In this document: piece by piece, positions 27,976-39,222 of the stretch
How positions within the stretch are numbered: the stretch's first letter is position 1
How the letters are laid out: every line of letters starts with the position of its first letter
Origin: a virus
Lineage: Duplodnaviria > Caudoviricetes
Direction: 5' to 3' (one strand)
DNA length: 62,934 bases
Virus record (IMG/VR): IMGVR_UViG_3300029309_000024
Coordinates: 1 to 62,934 of that record
Notes under the pieces: generated by a model
Databases searched by the model: none
Told to the model about the DNA's origin: nothing
What the model saw: the letters and a program-made list of their open reading frames with translations, nothing else
Translations under genes and position numbers: made by a program

Positions 27976-28680
27976 ATGGCAGTTAGCATAGATACAGTAT
28001 ATCAAAGAGTATTAGCTATTCTTAATAAAGAAAATCGTGGTTATGTAACACCGCAAGAATTTAACCTGTTTGCAAACCAAGCACAGCTTGAAATATTTGA
28101 GCAGTATTTCTTTGATCTAAACCAATATGGTAGATTACCAAAGAACGACACTGAATACGCTGATTTACCAAAAATAACAAATGAAAAACTAAGTAAATTC
28201 AAAAAGTCTGCAAGTATGACATATATGAATGATCATTTTCATTTGCCTACAGATTTTCATAAACTAGGTACGGTAATTTATAATAATACCACGCCTGTTG
28301 AGGAAATTGATCAAAAAAATTTATTAGAGTACGAATTATCTAAACTTACAGCGCCTACAACTACTAATCCGGTTTACATACAAAGTAGGGCTAATGCTCA
28401 AAGTCATTGGGCAATACGAGTATATCCAACAACTATAACATCAAACATATCTATAACATATGTTAGAAAACCTAATTCAGTTACGTGGAGTTCACAAATT
28501 GTTGCAGGTAACGCTTTATATAATGCAAGCACATCTACTGATTTTGAGTTACATGCTTCAGAAGAAACAAACCTTGTATTAAAAGTATTATTATATGCAG
28601 GTGTAAGTATTAAAGACCCTAATATAGCACAGTTAGCAGATGCAAAAGAAACTAAAAAAATAACACAAGAAAAATCATAA
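27976..28680 (+). CDS. Head-tail connector / tail ring protein
   Basis: NKENRGYVTPQEFNLFANQAQ...ITYVRKP; position in the tail module. Confidence 0.7.
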   Translation: MAVSIDTVYQRVLAILNKENRGYVTPQEFNLFANQAQLEIFEQYFFDLNQYGRLPKNDTEYADLPKITNEKLSKFKKSASMTYMNDHFHLPTDFHKLGTVIYNNTTPVEEIDQKNLLEYELSKLTAPTTTNPVYIQSRANAQSHWAIRVYPTTITSNISITYVRKPNSVTWSSQIVAGNALYNASTSTDFELHASEETNLVLKVLLYAGVSIKDPNIAQLADAKETKKITQEKS

Positions 28681-28683
28681 TAA

Positions 28684-29769
28684 ATGGGACTAATAACACA
28701 GACAGCTAAAGAATACTACACAGTAGCTAATAATTTTACTGGTAACGGTTCTATAACAGAATTTACTGTTACGTTTGACCCATTGCCATCTACAGAAAAT
28801 GAATTTATAGTATTTCAATCAGGTAATGAAATTGATGATGACCAATATACTTATAGTGCTAGCACGGGTAAAATTACATTTACAACAGCACCAGCTAATG
28901 GAACAGCAATACAGGTTAAGTTAAAAAATATAAAGCATGGTAGCTACAGATATATATCGTTAGATGATATTATAAATAACTTTATGGTTTCATATGTGGG
29001 TGATGGGAAAATAATTGATAAAGCAAGAAAGCTAGATGTTTTATTTCATGTTAAAAGAGGAATACAAGAATTTAGTTATGATATATCAAGAATAGAAAAA
29101 ATACAAGAAGTTGAAGTTGGCGCATCACTTACAATACCTATGCCCCAAGATTACGTTAATTATACACAATTATCATGGATTGATGGTGATGGATTAGAAA
29201 GAGTGATATACCCATCTAAAATAACTTCAAGACCATCTGAAGCAATATTGCAAGATGATACAGCAGAGTATATATATGATAATAACGAATCATTACTTAC
29301 TTCAACATCTATAACTTCAGAAAGATTTAAAAATGTACCAACAACAGAATTAAATGATGATTACTTTTATTCAGATAATGACAGAAATGCAATGCTTGGT
29401 GAAGGTAAAAGATTTGGTATAGATCCAGAAACTACACAAATAAATGGTGTATTTATAATAGATGAAGCTAATGGCCAATTTGGTTTTAGTAGTAATTTAT
29501 CAGGTAAGATCATAACATTAAGATATATATCTGATGGACTTGGTACTGACAATGAAATGCAAATACACAAACTTGCGGAAGAAGCAATATATAAATACAC
29601 AGCTCATGCAATATTATCCGCAAAAGCAAATATTCCAGAATTTATAGTAAACAGATTTAGAAGAGAAAGAAGAGCAGCAATGCGTAATGCTAAGTTAAGA
29701 TTATCTAACCTTAAATTAAAAGAGCTTACTCAGGTAATGAGAGGCAAGTCTAAGCAGATTAAACACTAA
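28684..29769 (+). CDS. Tail ring / structural protein with N-terminal FTGNGS module
   Basis: PQDYVNY, LRYISDGL, RNAKLRLSN motifs. Confidence 0.7.
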   Translation: MGLITQTAKEYYTVANNFTGNGSITEFTVTFDPLPSTENEFIVFQSGNEIDDDQYTYSASTGKITFTTAPANGTAIQVKLKNIKHGSYRYISLDDIINNFMVSYVGDGKIIDKARKLDVLFHVKRGIQEFSYDISRIEKIQEVEVGASLTIPMPQDYVNYTQLSWIDGDGLERVIYPSKITSRPSEAILQDDTAEYIYDNNESLLTSTSITSERFKNVPTTELNDDYFYSDNDRNAMLGEGKRFGIDPETTQINGVFIIDEANGQFGFSSNLSGKIITLRYISDGLGTDNEMQIHKLAEEAIYKYTAHAILSAKANIPEFIVNRFRRERRAAMRNAKLRLSNLKLKELTQVMRGKSKQIKH

Positions 29770-29773
29770 TTAA

Positions 29774-32700
29774 ATGCCAGAAATAAAAAAGGTTTTCCTT
29801 CGTGGAAAGATGAACAAGGACCTCGATGAGAGACTAATCCCTGATGGCGAGTATAGAGACGCTTCTAATATTCAGATAGCCAGTACTGAAGGAGACGACG
29901 CGGGGACAGCTCAGAATATAGTTGGTAATAAAATAGTAGCTGATACTATTCAAGGAGGAGAATGTGTAGGTATTATTGAAAATACAGAAACTGATAAAAT
30001 ATATGTTTTTATAAAAGGTTCATCTGTGCATGGTATAATAGAATATGATCCCACAACTGAAACACACAAACCTTTAATATTAGATGAAAGAGGTTTAAAT
30101 GATAAAGTATTAAATTTTACAGATATTACTAAAATCACAGGAATAACTATATTAGATAATTTTTTAATATTTACAGATAACAAATCTGAACCTAAAATTA
30201 TTGATATATCACCTGATTCTTTACTTTTTAATTCTTTAAATAGCACAAGCTTATATAATTATACTAGTAAAATAAACGGCACTAATTTTACTGAAGAAGA
30301 TATTGTGCTAATAACTAAAAAACCTGATCAAGCTCCAGGTGTTAGAATACTAGTTAAATCTGGTAATAAAACAAATTCTCCAATATTTGAAGATAAATTT
30401 GTAAGATTTGCATATAGGTTTGTTTTTAAAAATGGTCAAAGATCTCCAATATCACCTTTTACACAGCCGGTATTTTTGCCTAGCGCTGTTAATTCATACG
30501 ATATAGACGAAGGGTTTAATAATCAAATGGAAAATAATATTGAAGAAGCACAGTTATTTGAGTTTGATACATCACACAATTCATTAGATAGCATTGAAAT
30601 TATTTATAAAGAATCAAATAATACTAATATATATCTTTATGATTCAATAGATAAAGCTACAGCAGAAGCAGCTAATACAGCTATAGGAAATAATCCAACA
30701 GATACTAACCGTTATCTTATAAACAAAACAGTTAAAAAAAGTGTTATACCTGAAGATCAATTATTAAGGGCGTATGATAATGTGCCTTTTAAAGCTAAAG
30801 CTGTAGATGTTGTTGGTAATAGAATAGTATTTGGTAATTACCAAGACGGTTTAAATATACAAAATTATAGCCCTACATTTTCAAATATTGAAACATTTCC
30901 AAGAAGTACTATAGACGATCTTGCTTCTCCAAGCGCAATAACTGTAAATGGTGAAACAAAATCTGGGGTTATAGGTGGAAGTGGTACTGGAATAAATGAT
31001 ACTAGAACAATAAAAACAGGTAGGGATTATGAAGTAGGAGTTGTTTTTGAGGATAAATATGGTAGACAAACACCTGTTATAACAGCAGATGGTGGTGCGG
31101 GTTCAGGTACATTAAAAGTTCCGTTTGATACAAGACCTAACAATGCTACAGGTACTAATTTAAAAATTATAATGGGTGGTAATTTTCCAAACGACCCAAG
31201 ATTAACAAAATTTAAATACTATATTAAACCTAGCTCTAATAATTTTAATAATTTAATAGTTGAAACTGTTAAAAATGACAAAGAAGATTCTGGCACATGC
31301 TGGTTAGTTGTTCCCTCTTATGAAATAAATAAAGTAAAAGATGAAACCGCTAAGTCTCAATATATGATGCTTAAAAAAGCATTAAACTCAAATACTAAAT
31401 TATCTTATGGTAATAATCCTGATGATTTTAAATTTAAAATATTAGATATATCAAATAATAAACCTGAAAATATAGATGCAGTAGAATCTTTTGACGGTAA
31501 GTTTTTTATTAAAATAAAAAAGACTACACAGATAATTGATAATCTTTTTACAAATCAAGGATTAGCGGGAGCAAACGGTGAAATATTAGAAATTGATTTT
31601 AAACAAGGTAATTCTTCTAGTATAAATAACGCTTTATTTTTAGGGCAGGTTACTGCACCTGATTCTCAAGATAGAATAGAAGTAACTAAGTTTTATTTTA
31701 AAAATGGTAACATATTTGAAGTTGTTTCAAGCGCACCTATAGGTAGTACCTTAACAGAGCATTTTCAATCAAGCGTTGTGGGTAGTTCAGCTGGAGGCGC
31801 ATATGCAGATTTAGCAGGACACGTTGTTGGTTATGACGATAGTTTACCTTTTGCTGATGGAGATAATTCTGTAACTAAGGTTGAAGTTAAATATAATAGT
31901 AGTAAATTTCCTACATCTTTTCAAATAACATATGCAAGTCAAAACTCAAATATTGATATTGCATCTGCAGGTAATTCACCAGCTGTATTTGAAACAATAC
32001 CAGAAGATGAAGTATTAGATATATATTACGAAACAAGTGAATGTTTTGGTAAAGATGAATGGGGACAACCTCAACATTTAGATTGGTTTAATGCTTATGT
32101 AATGGGTAATGGTGTTGAATCTAGTACTATTAACGATGATCTCTTTGTTGACACTATACTGCCGGGGGTTAAAGTTTCAACAACAATAGAGGGTGATTAT
32201 AAAGAGCGTAATAAAAAAAGTTCTTTAATATACTCAGGTATATATAATTCATTAGGTGGTATAAATAAATTGAATGAATTTAATACTGGTTTAAAAATAA
32301 CCAAAGAGTTAAATCCTGAATATGGTAGTATACAAAAACTACATACAAGAAATACAAATATATTAGCTTTTTGTGAAGATAAAGTATTAAAAGTTTTAGC
32401 TAATAAAGACGCTTTATTTAATGCTGATGGTAATGTTAATTTAACAGCAACTGAAAACGTATTGGGTCAAGCTGTAGCTTTTGCAGGAAATTATGGTATA
32501 TCAAAAAATCCTGAATCTTTTGCAGTTCATGGATATAGAATATATTTTACAGATAAAGCAAGAGGAGCAGTAATAAGAATAACAGGGGATGGAATTACAG
32601 TTATATCAGAAGCCGGTATGTCAAGCTATTTTAGAGATAATCTTTTAGCTGAAACAGGGCAAATTATAGGTAGTTATGATTTGCATTCTGATCAATATAT

Positions 32701-35700
32701 ATTAACTTTACCTATAACGAATACGTCTATTAGCTACAGCGAAGATACAAAAGGTTGGACTTCAAGATTAGATTTTATGCCAGAAGCAGGTGTATCTATT
32801 AATGGGAATTATTATACATGTTATTTAGGTAAATTATATTTACATCACGCAGATGGAGAAAACACAGGTGTGTTTTATGGTCAAAACTTTCCAGCGGGTA
32901 TTAAATTAATATTTAATCAAGAAGCATCTGCTATAAAAAACTTTAAAAATATATCTTATGAAGGAACAACAGGCTGGACAACTGTTGATGCCGGCATACA
33001 AACAGATCAGCAACAAGGTAAAATATTAGAATTTAAAGAAAAAGAGGGTAAATATTTTGGATTAATATCAGGTATAGATGATAAATTAGAAGATATTAAC
33101 GAAAACGAAAGAAATTCTAGATTAAAAGATTTTTCTATACAAGGGTTAGGTAATATAGTTAACGTACAGGGTTCTACGGAATTTACTTGTGCTACGGCTA
33201 ATTTTATAATTAACAATAGTAATACGACAGATGTAAATGGAAATGCTATAACTTCTATATCTAAAAGTTCAGCAACAGGAACAATAGTTTCAGTTACACC
33301 AAATACTATTCAATCTGGCTCGCAAACATATACAGCTGATATACAAGTTCCAAATGGATTTTCAAATTCTGGTGCAATTATATCTTGTACTGATACTGCT
33401 ACGGGAACAGTTATAAATCAAGTTTTTGATTGTAATACAGCTAATTTTCAAGTAGCAAATGGAACGGTAGGTAATATAGTAACCGGTACAGTTGATAATG
33501 GTACAATAGCTAGTATATCGCCGTCAACATATCAATCAGGGTCAACAGATTATATAGCAACAATAAATATACCAGGAAGTGGTTATACTAATTCTGGAAC
33601 AATACCTTGTACTGATACATTTACAGCATCAGGAGCTAGTTGTGCTTTTAGTTTAGCAGTAACTACTTACAATTCTTCTGCTGGCACCACTCAATTATCA
33701 GGTACTTTTACAGGTACTGATATTGGAACTAACCCAACTATAAATTTATCAGTAGCTTCAGGAACTATATCGCCTACATCCACAACCAAATCAGCATTAA
33801 CTGCATCAGGGGGTTTAGCTGTAACTGCATCAGAAGGTGTAGAAATAACCGCAACTATATCAAGTGGTTTATGTAATGGTGAAACTGCTAAAGTAAATAT
33901 GCCGCAAGCATCTACAGTAGTTATAACGGGTCTTGGTACAGCTATGGTTGGTGATAACGTTTTGCTATCAACTAATACTACTGGTGTAGTAACATCTTAT
34001 CAATGGCATAAAAGTAGTTCATCAGGATTTACACCAAGTAGTAGTACAGCTATTTCGGGAGCTAATTCATCATCGTTAACTGTTTCAGAAAGTTCAGCAG
34101 CAACACAATATTATAAAGTGGTAATAAGTGGCCCTGCAACATCACCTCAGCATGCTATTACATGGACAGCTTGGACTTCACACTCTAATTTAAAATATTT
34201 AAGTGGTACATCTGCTAATTTAGGTGCTTGTACATCTACAACTTTAAGAAATTTATTTGGTAATGGTACTTTTACAGGAGCAACACAATTTGCTGTAAAT
34301 AATCAAGGTAGCGTAAGTTATTTTCAACAAGGTACTTATTCTGATGGAACAAATTATAGATTTATAAATTCAGGAGGTGTTCCAAGTGCACATTCTCCTT
34401 GTACAGGAGGTAATCAAGGTATAAGAGCTACAAAATGTAGAGACGCTAGTAGTAGCAAAGATATTTTAGTTACAGTACCTACAGGTAGCAATGCGCTTGC
34501 GGTAGGGAATATAATAAGCTTTACCGAAACATATGATAATAATACGCATTGGGTGGTAACTGAAATTGGTTTAAACTTAAATACAAATCAATATGATGCT
34601 TTAAGAACTTTATCAGCAACACATACTAGCTGTTTAGCGGCAGATCCACCTACAGTAAGTTTATCAGCCCCTAGCGAGGTTTTTGTAGGAGAAACAATTT
34701 CACTAACTGCATCACCGTCTTTTACTCCACAAGGAGCAACATTTACTTATATATTTAGAAAAAGTACAGATGGTAGCACACCAACAGCAGTATTATCTGA
34801 AACAACTAATGCAACAGTTACAGATACTGCTCAAACAAGTATTTTAGGCTCAGCGGTTACAAATAAATATACAGTTGAAATAAAAAATACTAATCCGCTA
34901 ATAGAGTCTACTCCGGTAACAGAAGTTGATGTAAAAATATACAATACCGTATTTTTCGGAGCTATATTAAGTGGGACGAGCGCAAACGCATCAGCTTGTA
35001 CACAAAATCCAGGCAGCGAAACTAGATTTGCTAATACAACTACAACAACTTCTATAAGTAAATTATATAAAACATCACAAGGAGGAGCATTTAGTTTAAG
35101 TGAAAGGGGAACATATGCGAGGGACGGATTATATGCTTTTTTTGATGAAAATGGAAACAGAGTAGGAGCTTGGAATAATTGTCCTGCACCAAGCGAATCT
35201 GTAACAATATTTTTTGGTGGAAGTTCAACTAATAAATTAAATAGAAATCCATACGAGTCGTTAGGTCTAACAACTAACACAAGTAATTTTACAGCTGGTT
35301 CAACATTATCTTATGCTTGGACTCAAACTCAGGGACCAGGATCTGGAAGCACTGTGTTAACCACAGAAGATAATTTTACAGCTGAATTATCAATTGCAAC
35401 AGCAGATGCTTTAGCTTCAGGAAGCACTATATCTAAAACTTTTAGGTGTACTGTTACAGGAAGTATTGGGAGTGAAACTGCAAATGATGAAATTACAATT
35501 TCTTGGCAAGGAAAATCTCAACAATTAGAAATTTTTCATTGTACTAGTAATGATACTGAATATGTAAAAGTAATAAACAGTGATGGCTATAATAATAATG
35601 ATGTTATAAATATAGTAGACAGCACAGGTGCTATTACTAATGGTTGTTATAAAATCTTAACAGCTGGGCATACCTCTCATGCTGGGTATGATGACGTTAA

Positions 35701-36922
35701 AATTTTTAGCTTGAATCAAAGATACCCTTTTAATGCAACATCTACTTGTTGTGAGTGTTCTTCGTGTAGTGCTAGTATAACAACTAATTCAACTGGAACA
35801 GCAGGACAAGGCCAGCAGATGGCGGCTAGTAATAGTGGATTTACAGTAAATACTTCAGGTAATAAATATAATTGGTTTGTAACAACAGTAGAGGACGATA
35901 GATTAAATCCTAATGCTAATTCATGGGGAGAAATAACAAGTTTAGAAGATCAACAATCTTTTCTAATAAGTAATAGCCAAGCACAAACTTTATATTATAT
36001 GGTTAAGGTTCAAGGGTTCAATGCTACAACAACAGATGTAGTTGAGCATGGATTTGCAACTATAGAATGGGGACCAGCCTCTACAACACCTGTTGCTAGA
36101 AGTTATTTATTACAAACTTACGAAGAGTTTAATTGTCCAAACGTAGCTGATGTAAGTAATGTTTATGGTAATTATACTAGCCCGTCAGCTTTAGCTACAG
36201 GCACAACCGTTACTCTTAGTAATAATAGCTCAACATGTTATAGAGTTGTAGGATATTTATCAAGTGGTTATGTTTCAACATATCCTTCAATAGATAACGA
36301 TTATCCTGATGGATGTCAATCATGTTACAACGATATAAATCAAGATTGTAGTTTTCTTTTAACAGCTGGTACTACATATTTTAGTAATAACTCTGCTAAG
36401 TTTTTTGGTACATTTGGTAGCAGCGCTTCAAATACTGATACTGTTACATTATCCGTATCATCAGGAACAGTTTCAACATCATCAACATCGACTGTTACAA
36501 CAACTACTGTAGGAGCACTAAAAGCAAGCAACGGGTTAACTGTTTATTTAAATCAAGGAGTTACGTTAACAGCAACTATAAGCACTGGAACTTGTACTAA
36601 TACATCTGATTCTGTAACAGCACCTAGTTTACTTTGTTATCCTTTATTAGTTTATTATCATACTCAAAACCCGGCTAGTAATGCTTCTGCAAAAACAGCT
36701 TTATGTGGTAGCGGTAGTACAAGACAAATTAGGGCTAATGCTCCTACTTTAAATACAGCTACACAAATATACAGCGGTAATACTTGTGCAACTTTAGAAT
36801 CAGGAACTAAATATTATTCATCAGATAATATAAGCTATTTTATATGGAATGGAAGTTCCTTATCAAATGCAATACCTCTTAATTGTTCCGGCGGAGGCGG
36901 CGGAGGCGGCGATATACAGTAA
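29774..36922 (+). CDS. Tail stabilisation (nozzle) protein fused to a long Cys-containing beta-repeat extension
   Basis: N-terminal GKMNKDLDERLIPDGEYRDA and YGISKNPESFA; ~1250-aa S/T/G-rich repetitive C-terminal half. Confidence 0.75.
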   Translation: MPEIKKVFLRGKMNKDLDERLIPDGEYRDASNIQIASTEGDDAGTAQNIVGNKIVADTIQGGECVGIIENTETDKIYVFIKGSSVHGIIEYDPTTETHKPLILDERGLNDKVLNFTDITKITGITILDNFLIFTDNKSEPKIIDISPDSLLFNSLNSTSLYNYTSKINGTNFTEEDIVLITKKPDQAPGVRILVKSGNKTNSPIFEDKFVRFAYRFVFKNGQRSPISPFTQPVFLPSAVNSYDIDEGFNNQMENNIEEAQLFEFDTSHNSLDSIEIIYKESNNTNIYLYDSIDKATAEAANTAIGNNPTDTNRYLINKTVKKSVIPEDQLLRAYDNVPFKAKAVDVVGNRIVFGNYQDGLNIQNYSPTFSNIETFPRSTIDDLASPSAITVNGETKSGVIGGSGTGINDTRTIKTGRDYEVGVVFEDKYGRQTPVITADGGAGSGTLKVPFDTRPNNATGTNLKIIMGGNFPNDPRLTKFKYYIKPSSNNFNNLIVETVKNDKEDSGTCWLVVPSYEINKVKDETAKSQYMMLKKALNSNTKLSYGNNPDDFKFKILDISNNKPENIDAVESFDGKFFIKIKKTTQIIDNLFTNQGLAGANGEILEIDFKQGNSSSINNALFLGQVTAPDSQDRIEVTKFYFKNGNIFEVVSSAPIGSTLTEHFQSSVVGSSAGGAYADLAGHVVGYDDSLPFADGDNSVTKVEVKYNSSKFPTSFQITYASQNSNIDIASAGNSPAVFETIPEDEVLDIYYETSECFGKDEWGQPQHLDWFNAYVMGNGVESSTINDDLFVDTILPGVKVSTTIEGDYKERNKKSSLIYSGIYNSLGGINKLNEFNTGLKITKELNPEYGSIQKLHTRNTNILAFCEDKVLKVLANKDALFNADGNVNLTATENVLGQAVAFAGNYGISKNPESFAVHGYRIYFTDKARGAVIRITGDGITVISEAGMSSYFRDNLLAETGQIIGSYDLHSDQYILTLPITNTSISYSEDTKGWTSRLDFMPEAGVSINGNYYTCYLGKLYLHHADGENTGVFYGQNFPAGIKLIFNQEASAIKNFKNISYEGTTGWTTVDAGIQTDQQQGKILEFKEKEGKYFGLISGIDDKLEDINENERNSRLKDFSIQGLGNIVNVQGSTEFTCATANFIINNSNTTDVNGNAITSISKSSATGTIVSVTPNTIQSGSQTYTADIQVPNGFSNSGAIISCTDTATGTVINQVFDCNTANFQVANGTVGNIVTGTVDNGTIASISPSTYQSGSTDYIATINIPGSGYTNSGTIPCTDTFTASGASCAFSLAVTTYNSSAGTTQLSGTFTGTDIGTNPTINLSVASGTISPTSTTKSALTASGGLAVTASEGVEITATISSGLCNGETAKVNMPQASTVVITGLGTAMVGDNVLLSTNTTGVVTSYQWHKSSSSGFTPSSSTAISGANSSSLTVSESSAATQYYKVVISGPATSPQHAITWTAWTSHSNLKYLSGTSANLGACTSTTLRNLFGNGTFTGATQFAVNNQGSVSYFQQGTYSDGTNYRFINSGGVPSAHSPCTGGNQGIRATKCRDASSSKDILVTVPTGSNALAVGNIISFTETYDNNTHWVVTEIGLNLNTNQYDALRTLSATHTSCLAADPPTVSLSAPSEVFVGETISLTASPSFTPQGATFTYIFRKSTDGSTPTAVLSETTNATVTDTAQTSILGSAVTNKYTVEIKNTNPLIESTPVTEVDVKIYNTVFFGAILSGTSANASACTQNPGSETRFANTTTTTSISKLYKTSQGGAFSLSERGTYARDGLYAFFDENGNRVGAWNNCPAPSESVTIFFGGSSTNKLNRNPYESLGLTTNTSNFTAGSTLSYAWTQTQGPGSGSTVLTTEDNFTAELSIATADALASGSTISKTFRCTVTGSIGSETANDEITISWQGKSQQLEIFHCTSNDTEYVKVINSDGYNNNDVINIVDSTGAITNGCYKILTAGHTSHAGYDDVKIFSLNQRYPFNATSTCCECSSCSASITTNSTGTAGQGQQMAASNSGFTVNTSGNKYNWFVTTVEDDRLNPNANSWGEITSLEDQQSFLISNSQAQTLYYMVKVQGFNATTTDVVEHGFATIEWGPASTTPVARSYLLQTYEEFNCPNVADVSNVYGNYTSPSALATGTTVTLSNNSSTCYRVVGYLSSGYVSTYPSIDNDYPDGCQSCYNDINQDCSFLLTAGTTYFSNNSAKFFGTFGSSASNTDTVTLSVSSGTVSTSSTSTVTTTTVGALKASNGLTVYLNQGVTLTATISTGTCTNTSDSVTAPSLLCYPLLVYYHTQNPASNASAKTALCGSGSTRQIRANAPTLNTATQIYSGNTCATLESGTKYYSSDNISYFIWNGSSLSNAIPLNCSGGGGGGGDIQ

Positions 36923-36958
36923 GCTTAACTATATTACAAAAAATGTAATAATAACAAT

Positions 36959-37279
36959 ATGAGCAATATAACTTTAGAACATACTTTTACAAAAAATACA
37001 TCATTACAGATAGGAGATCAAATATATTATTTAACAGATAATGATACTGTTGAAAGAATTGGCCCTGTGGTAAGTATTCTTGATAATCATATAGTATGTA
37101 CAGCTGAAGGTAATTTATCTGGTTTAAAAAACACAAGTTATATATTTTTTGGAAAAGATAATAGTAAAAATACATCTGGTATAATAGGGTATTTTGCAGA
37201 AGTAAATTTAAAAAACGAATCAAAAGAACACGCGGAGTTATTCGCGGTAAACTCAGAAATATTTATAAGTAGCAATTAA
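36959..37279 (+). CDS. Tail-associated hypothetical protein
   Basis: NTSLQIGD...SGIIGYFAEV...ELFAVNSE. Confidence 0.7.
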   Translation: MSNITLEHTFTKNTSLQIGDQIYYLTDNDTVERIGPVVSILDNHIVCTAEGNLSGLKNTSYIFFGKDNSKNTSGIIGYFAEVNLKNESKEHAELFAVNSEIFISSN

Positions 37280-37280
37280 A

Positions 37281-37961
37281 ATGGAATATACAACAATAAT
37301 AATAGAAGCGGCAGATACACTACAGTATGGTTTTTTAGCTGGGCTAGGAGCAAAGCTATTACCTTCTTTAATAGGTGGTATTGGTAGTATGTTTGGTGGT
37401 AGAAAAAGAAGAAATGAATTTAACCGAGCTAAAGGTGATTTTGATGCGGCTAAAGCTTCGTTTAAAAACTTTGAATTTGAAAATTTATATTCAAATTTAG
37501 AAAATCCTTTTGAAGATTTAAGAGTGTCTACAGAAGCAGCAGAATTTCAATCCCAACAATTACAACAACAATCTGCACAAACACTAGCGGCTTTAAGAGG
37601 AGCTGGAGGTGGATCAGGCGCGGCGGCTATTGCAACAAGTTTAGCACAGTCTCAAGCTAGAAATCAACAAAGAATAGCTGCAGATTTAGCAAAACAAGAA
37701 GTTGCAAACGAAAGACTAGCAGCGCAAGGGTTATTTTCTTTACAACAAGCAGAAGCTAAAGCTGGTATGGATATTCAAAAACAAGAATTTGGTAGAGAAA
37801 GCACTATATTTGGTATGGAACAACAAAACTATGCGGCAGCGTTAGAAGCAAGGGCACAACAGCAACAAGCTAGATCATCTGGATTAGGCGCGCTTGGCAC
37901 TATTGCTGGAATAGGAATATTTGGTGGGAAAGACGCGTTAACAAAAGCATTCACAGGTTAA
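37281..37961 (+). CDS. Internal virion / ejection protein candidate
   Basis: A/G/Q-rich helical protein with hydrophobic Gly-rich ends. Confidence 0.65.
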   Translation: MEYTTIIIEAADTLQYGFLAGLGAKLLPSLIGGIGSMFGGRKRRNEFNRAKGDFDAAKASFKNFEFENLYSNLENPFEDLRVSTEAAEFQSQQLQQQSAQTLAALRGAGGGSGAAAIATSLAQSQARNQQRIAADLAKQEVANERLAAQGLFSLQQAEAKAGMDIQKQEFGRESTIFGMEQQNYAAALEARAQQQQARSSGLGALGTIAGIGIFGGKDALTKAFTG

Positions 37962-37971
37962 ATAAAAAATT

Positions 37972-39216
37972 ATGGCAGCAGATAGAGCATTAATAGCGGG
38001 CGCGGCAAAAGTCGCAGGTGCAAAAGCAAAATTAGATAACGCAACATTAAACGCATTTACGGATTTAGGAAAGATTGTGGGCGAAAACGCACAAAGCATT
38101 TTAAAAGATATGCAGGAAAAAGAAAATGCTAGAAATGAAGCAATTGCTGAAGGATTATCTACAATAAATTCACAAAGTATAAAACCGCCTAACGAACATG
38201 TAGGAACTATATACGATACGTCTTCAACTCAAGAAATTTATAACAAGCCAGTAGGCACGCTTACCGGTGTGTTAAATATACAAGGTACCAATTTTAATTA
38301 TGATGCACAAACAACACAAAATAAAGATGTAATGGACCAACAGAACGCCGCCCAAACAATGTCAAACGTGGTTACATCAGAAATGGAAAAACGAAATGGA
38401 TATTTAGCGCAAGTGCAAACCGCGGGATTTAATTATAGTCCATTTCATGATATTAAAAGTGATGAAGGTATAGCTACACAAGCTTATCTTGATGGTACAG
38501 CAAAATGGGAGCCTAAAGAGCCGGGAGGAGACCCGAATTCATATGGGTATAGGGTAGGAGATAAATTTTACACAACAGCTCAAATGCAAAAAATAGTAGG
38601 TAATGCTACAGCCCCAGATAATTCAAAAGAAGTTTTTGATTTTTTAGATAATTCATCAAAACGTAGTTTTAGCACAGCCACTAATAATCAAGAAGCTGAT
38701 GTTATTGGCGCAAGAATTAAAAGCGAAATATTAGCAGACGAGAATACATTGAATAATTTTTTAGTTCATAGAGGAGGGGGGACGTCTTTACAAACCTTAA
38801 AAAGCCAAAAAGGTTTTGACGCAGGAAATGAAATTGATAGATTTATAAATGAGCAAAGAGCAATGCACTATGATGCTCCTAGCACAGAACCTACAATAAC
38901 ACCTAATAAAGCATTTGATATAGCGCAAGATAAAAAAGAAGAAGATGAATTTAATACGTTTGTAGACGGATTATCAATGCCTAGCTATAATATATTTAGC
39001 TTAACCAACGGTGTTCCTAGATTACAAAGAGCACTAGATAGCAATACTTTCCAAAAAGATCTAGCAGCAGGAGGTGTCCAGGTAAGTAAAAAAGTATCAC
39101 AATACGTTGGGGTTCCAGATGAATATACAGTTACTTATAAAAATAAAACATCTAAGCCGCTTAACTTAACACAAGATATAGATTATTTACAAGATATAAT
39201 AAAATCTTTATATTAA
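37972..39216 (+). CDS. Internal virion / ejection protein candidate
   Basis: 414 aa, second of three ejection-like genes. Confidence 0.6.
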   Translation: MAADRALIAGAAKVAGAKAKLDNATLNAFTDLGKIVGENAQSILKDMQEKENARNEAIAEGLSTINSQSIKPPNEHVGTIYDTSSTQEIYNKPVGTLTGVLNIQGTNFNYDAQTTQNKDVMDQQNAAQTMSNVVTSEMEKRNGYLAQVQTAGFNYSPFHDIKSDEGIATQAYLDGTAKWEPKEPGGDPNSYGYRVGDKFYTTAQMQKIVGNATAPDNSKEVFDFLDNSSKRSFSTATNNQEADVIGARIKSEILADENTLNNFLVHRGGGTSLQTLKSQKGFDAGNEIDRFINEQRAMHYDAPSTEPTITPNKAFDIAQDKKEEDEFNTFVDGLSMPSYNIFSLTNGVPRLQRALDSNTFQKDLAAGGVQVSKKVSQYVGVPDEYTVTYKNKTSKPLNLTQDIDYLQDIIKSLY

Positions 39217-39222
39217 TAAAAT

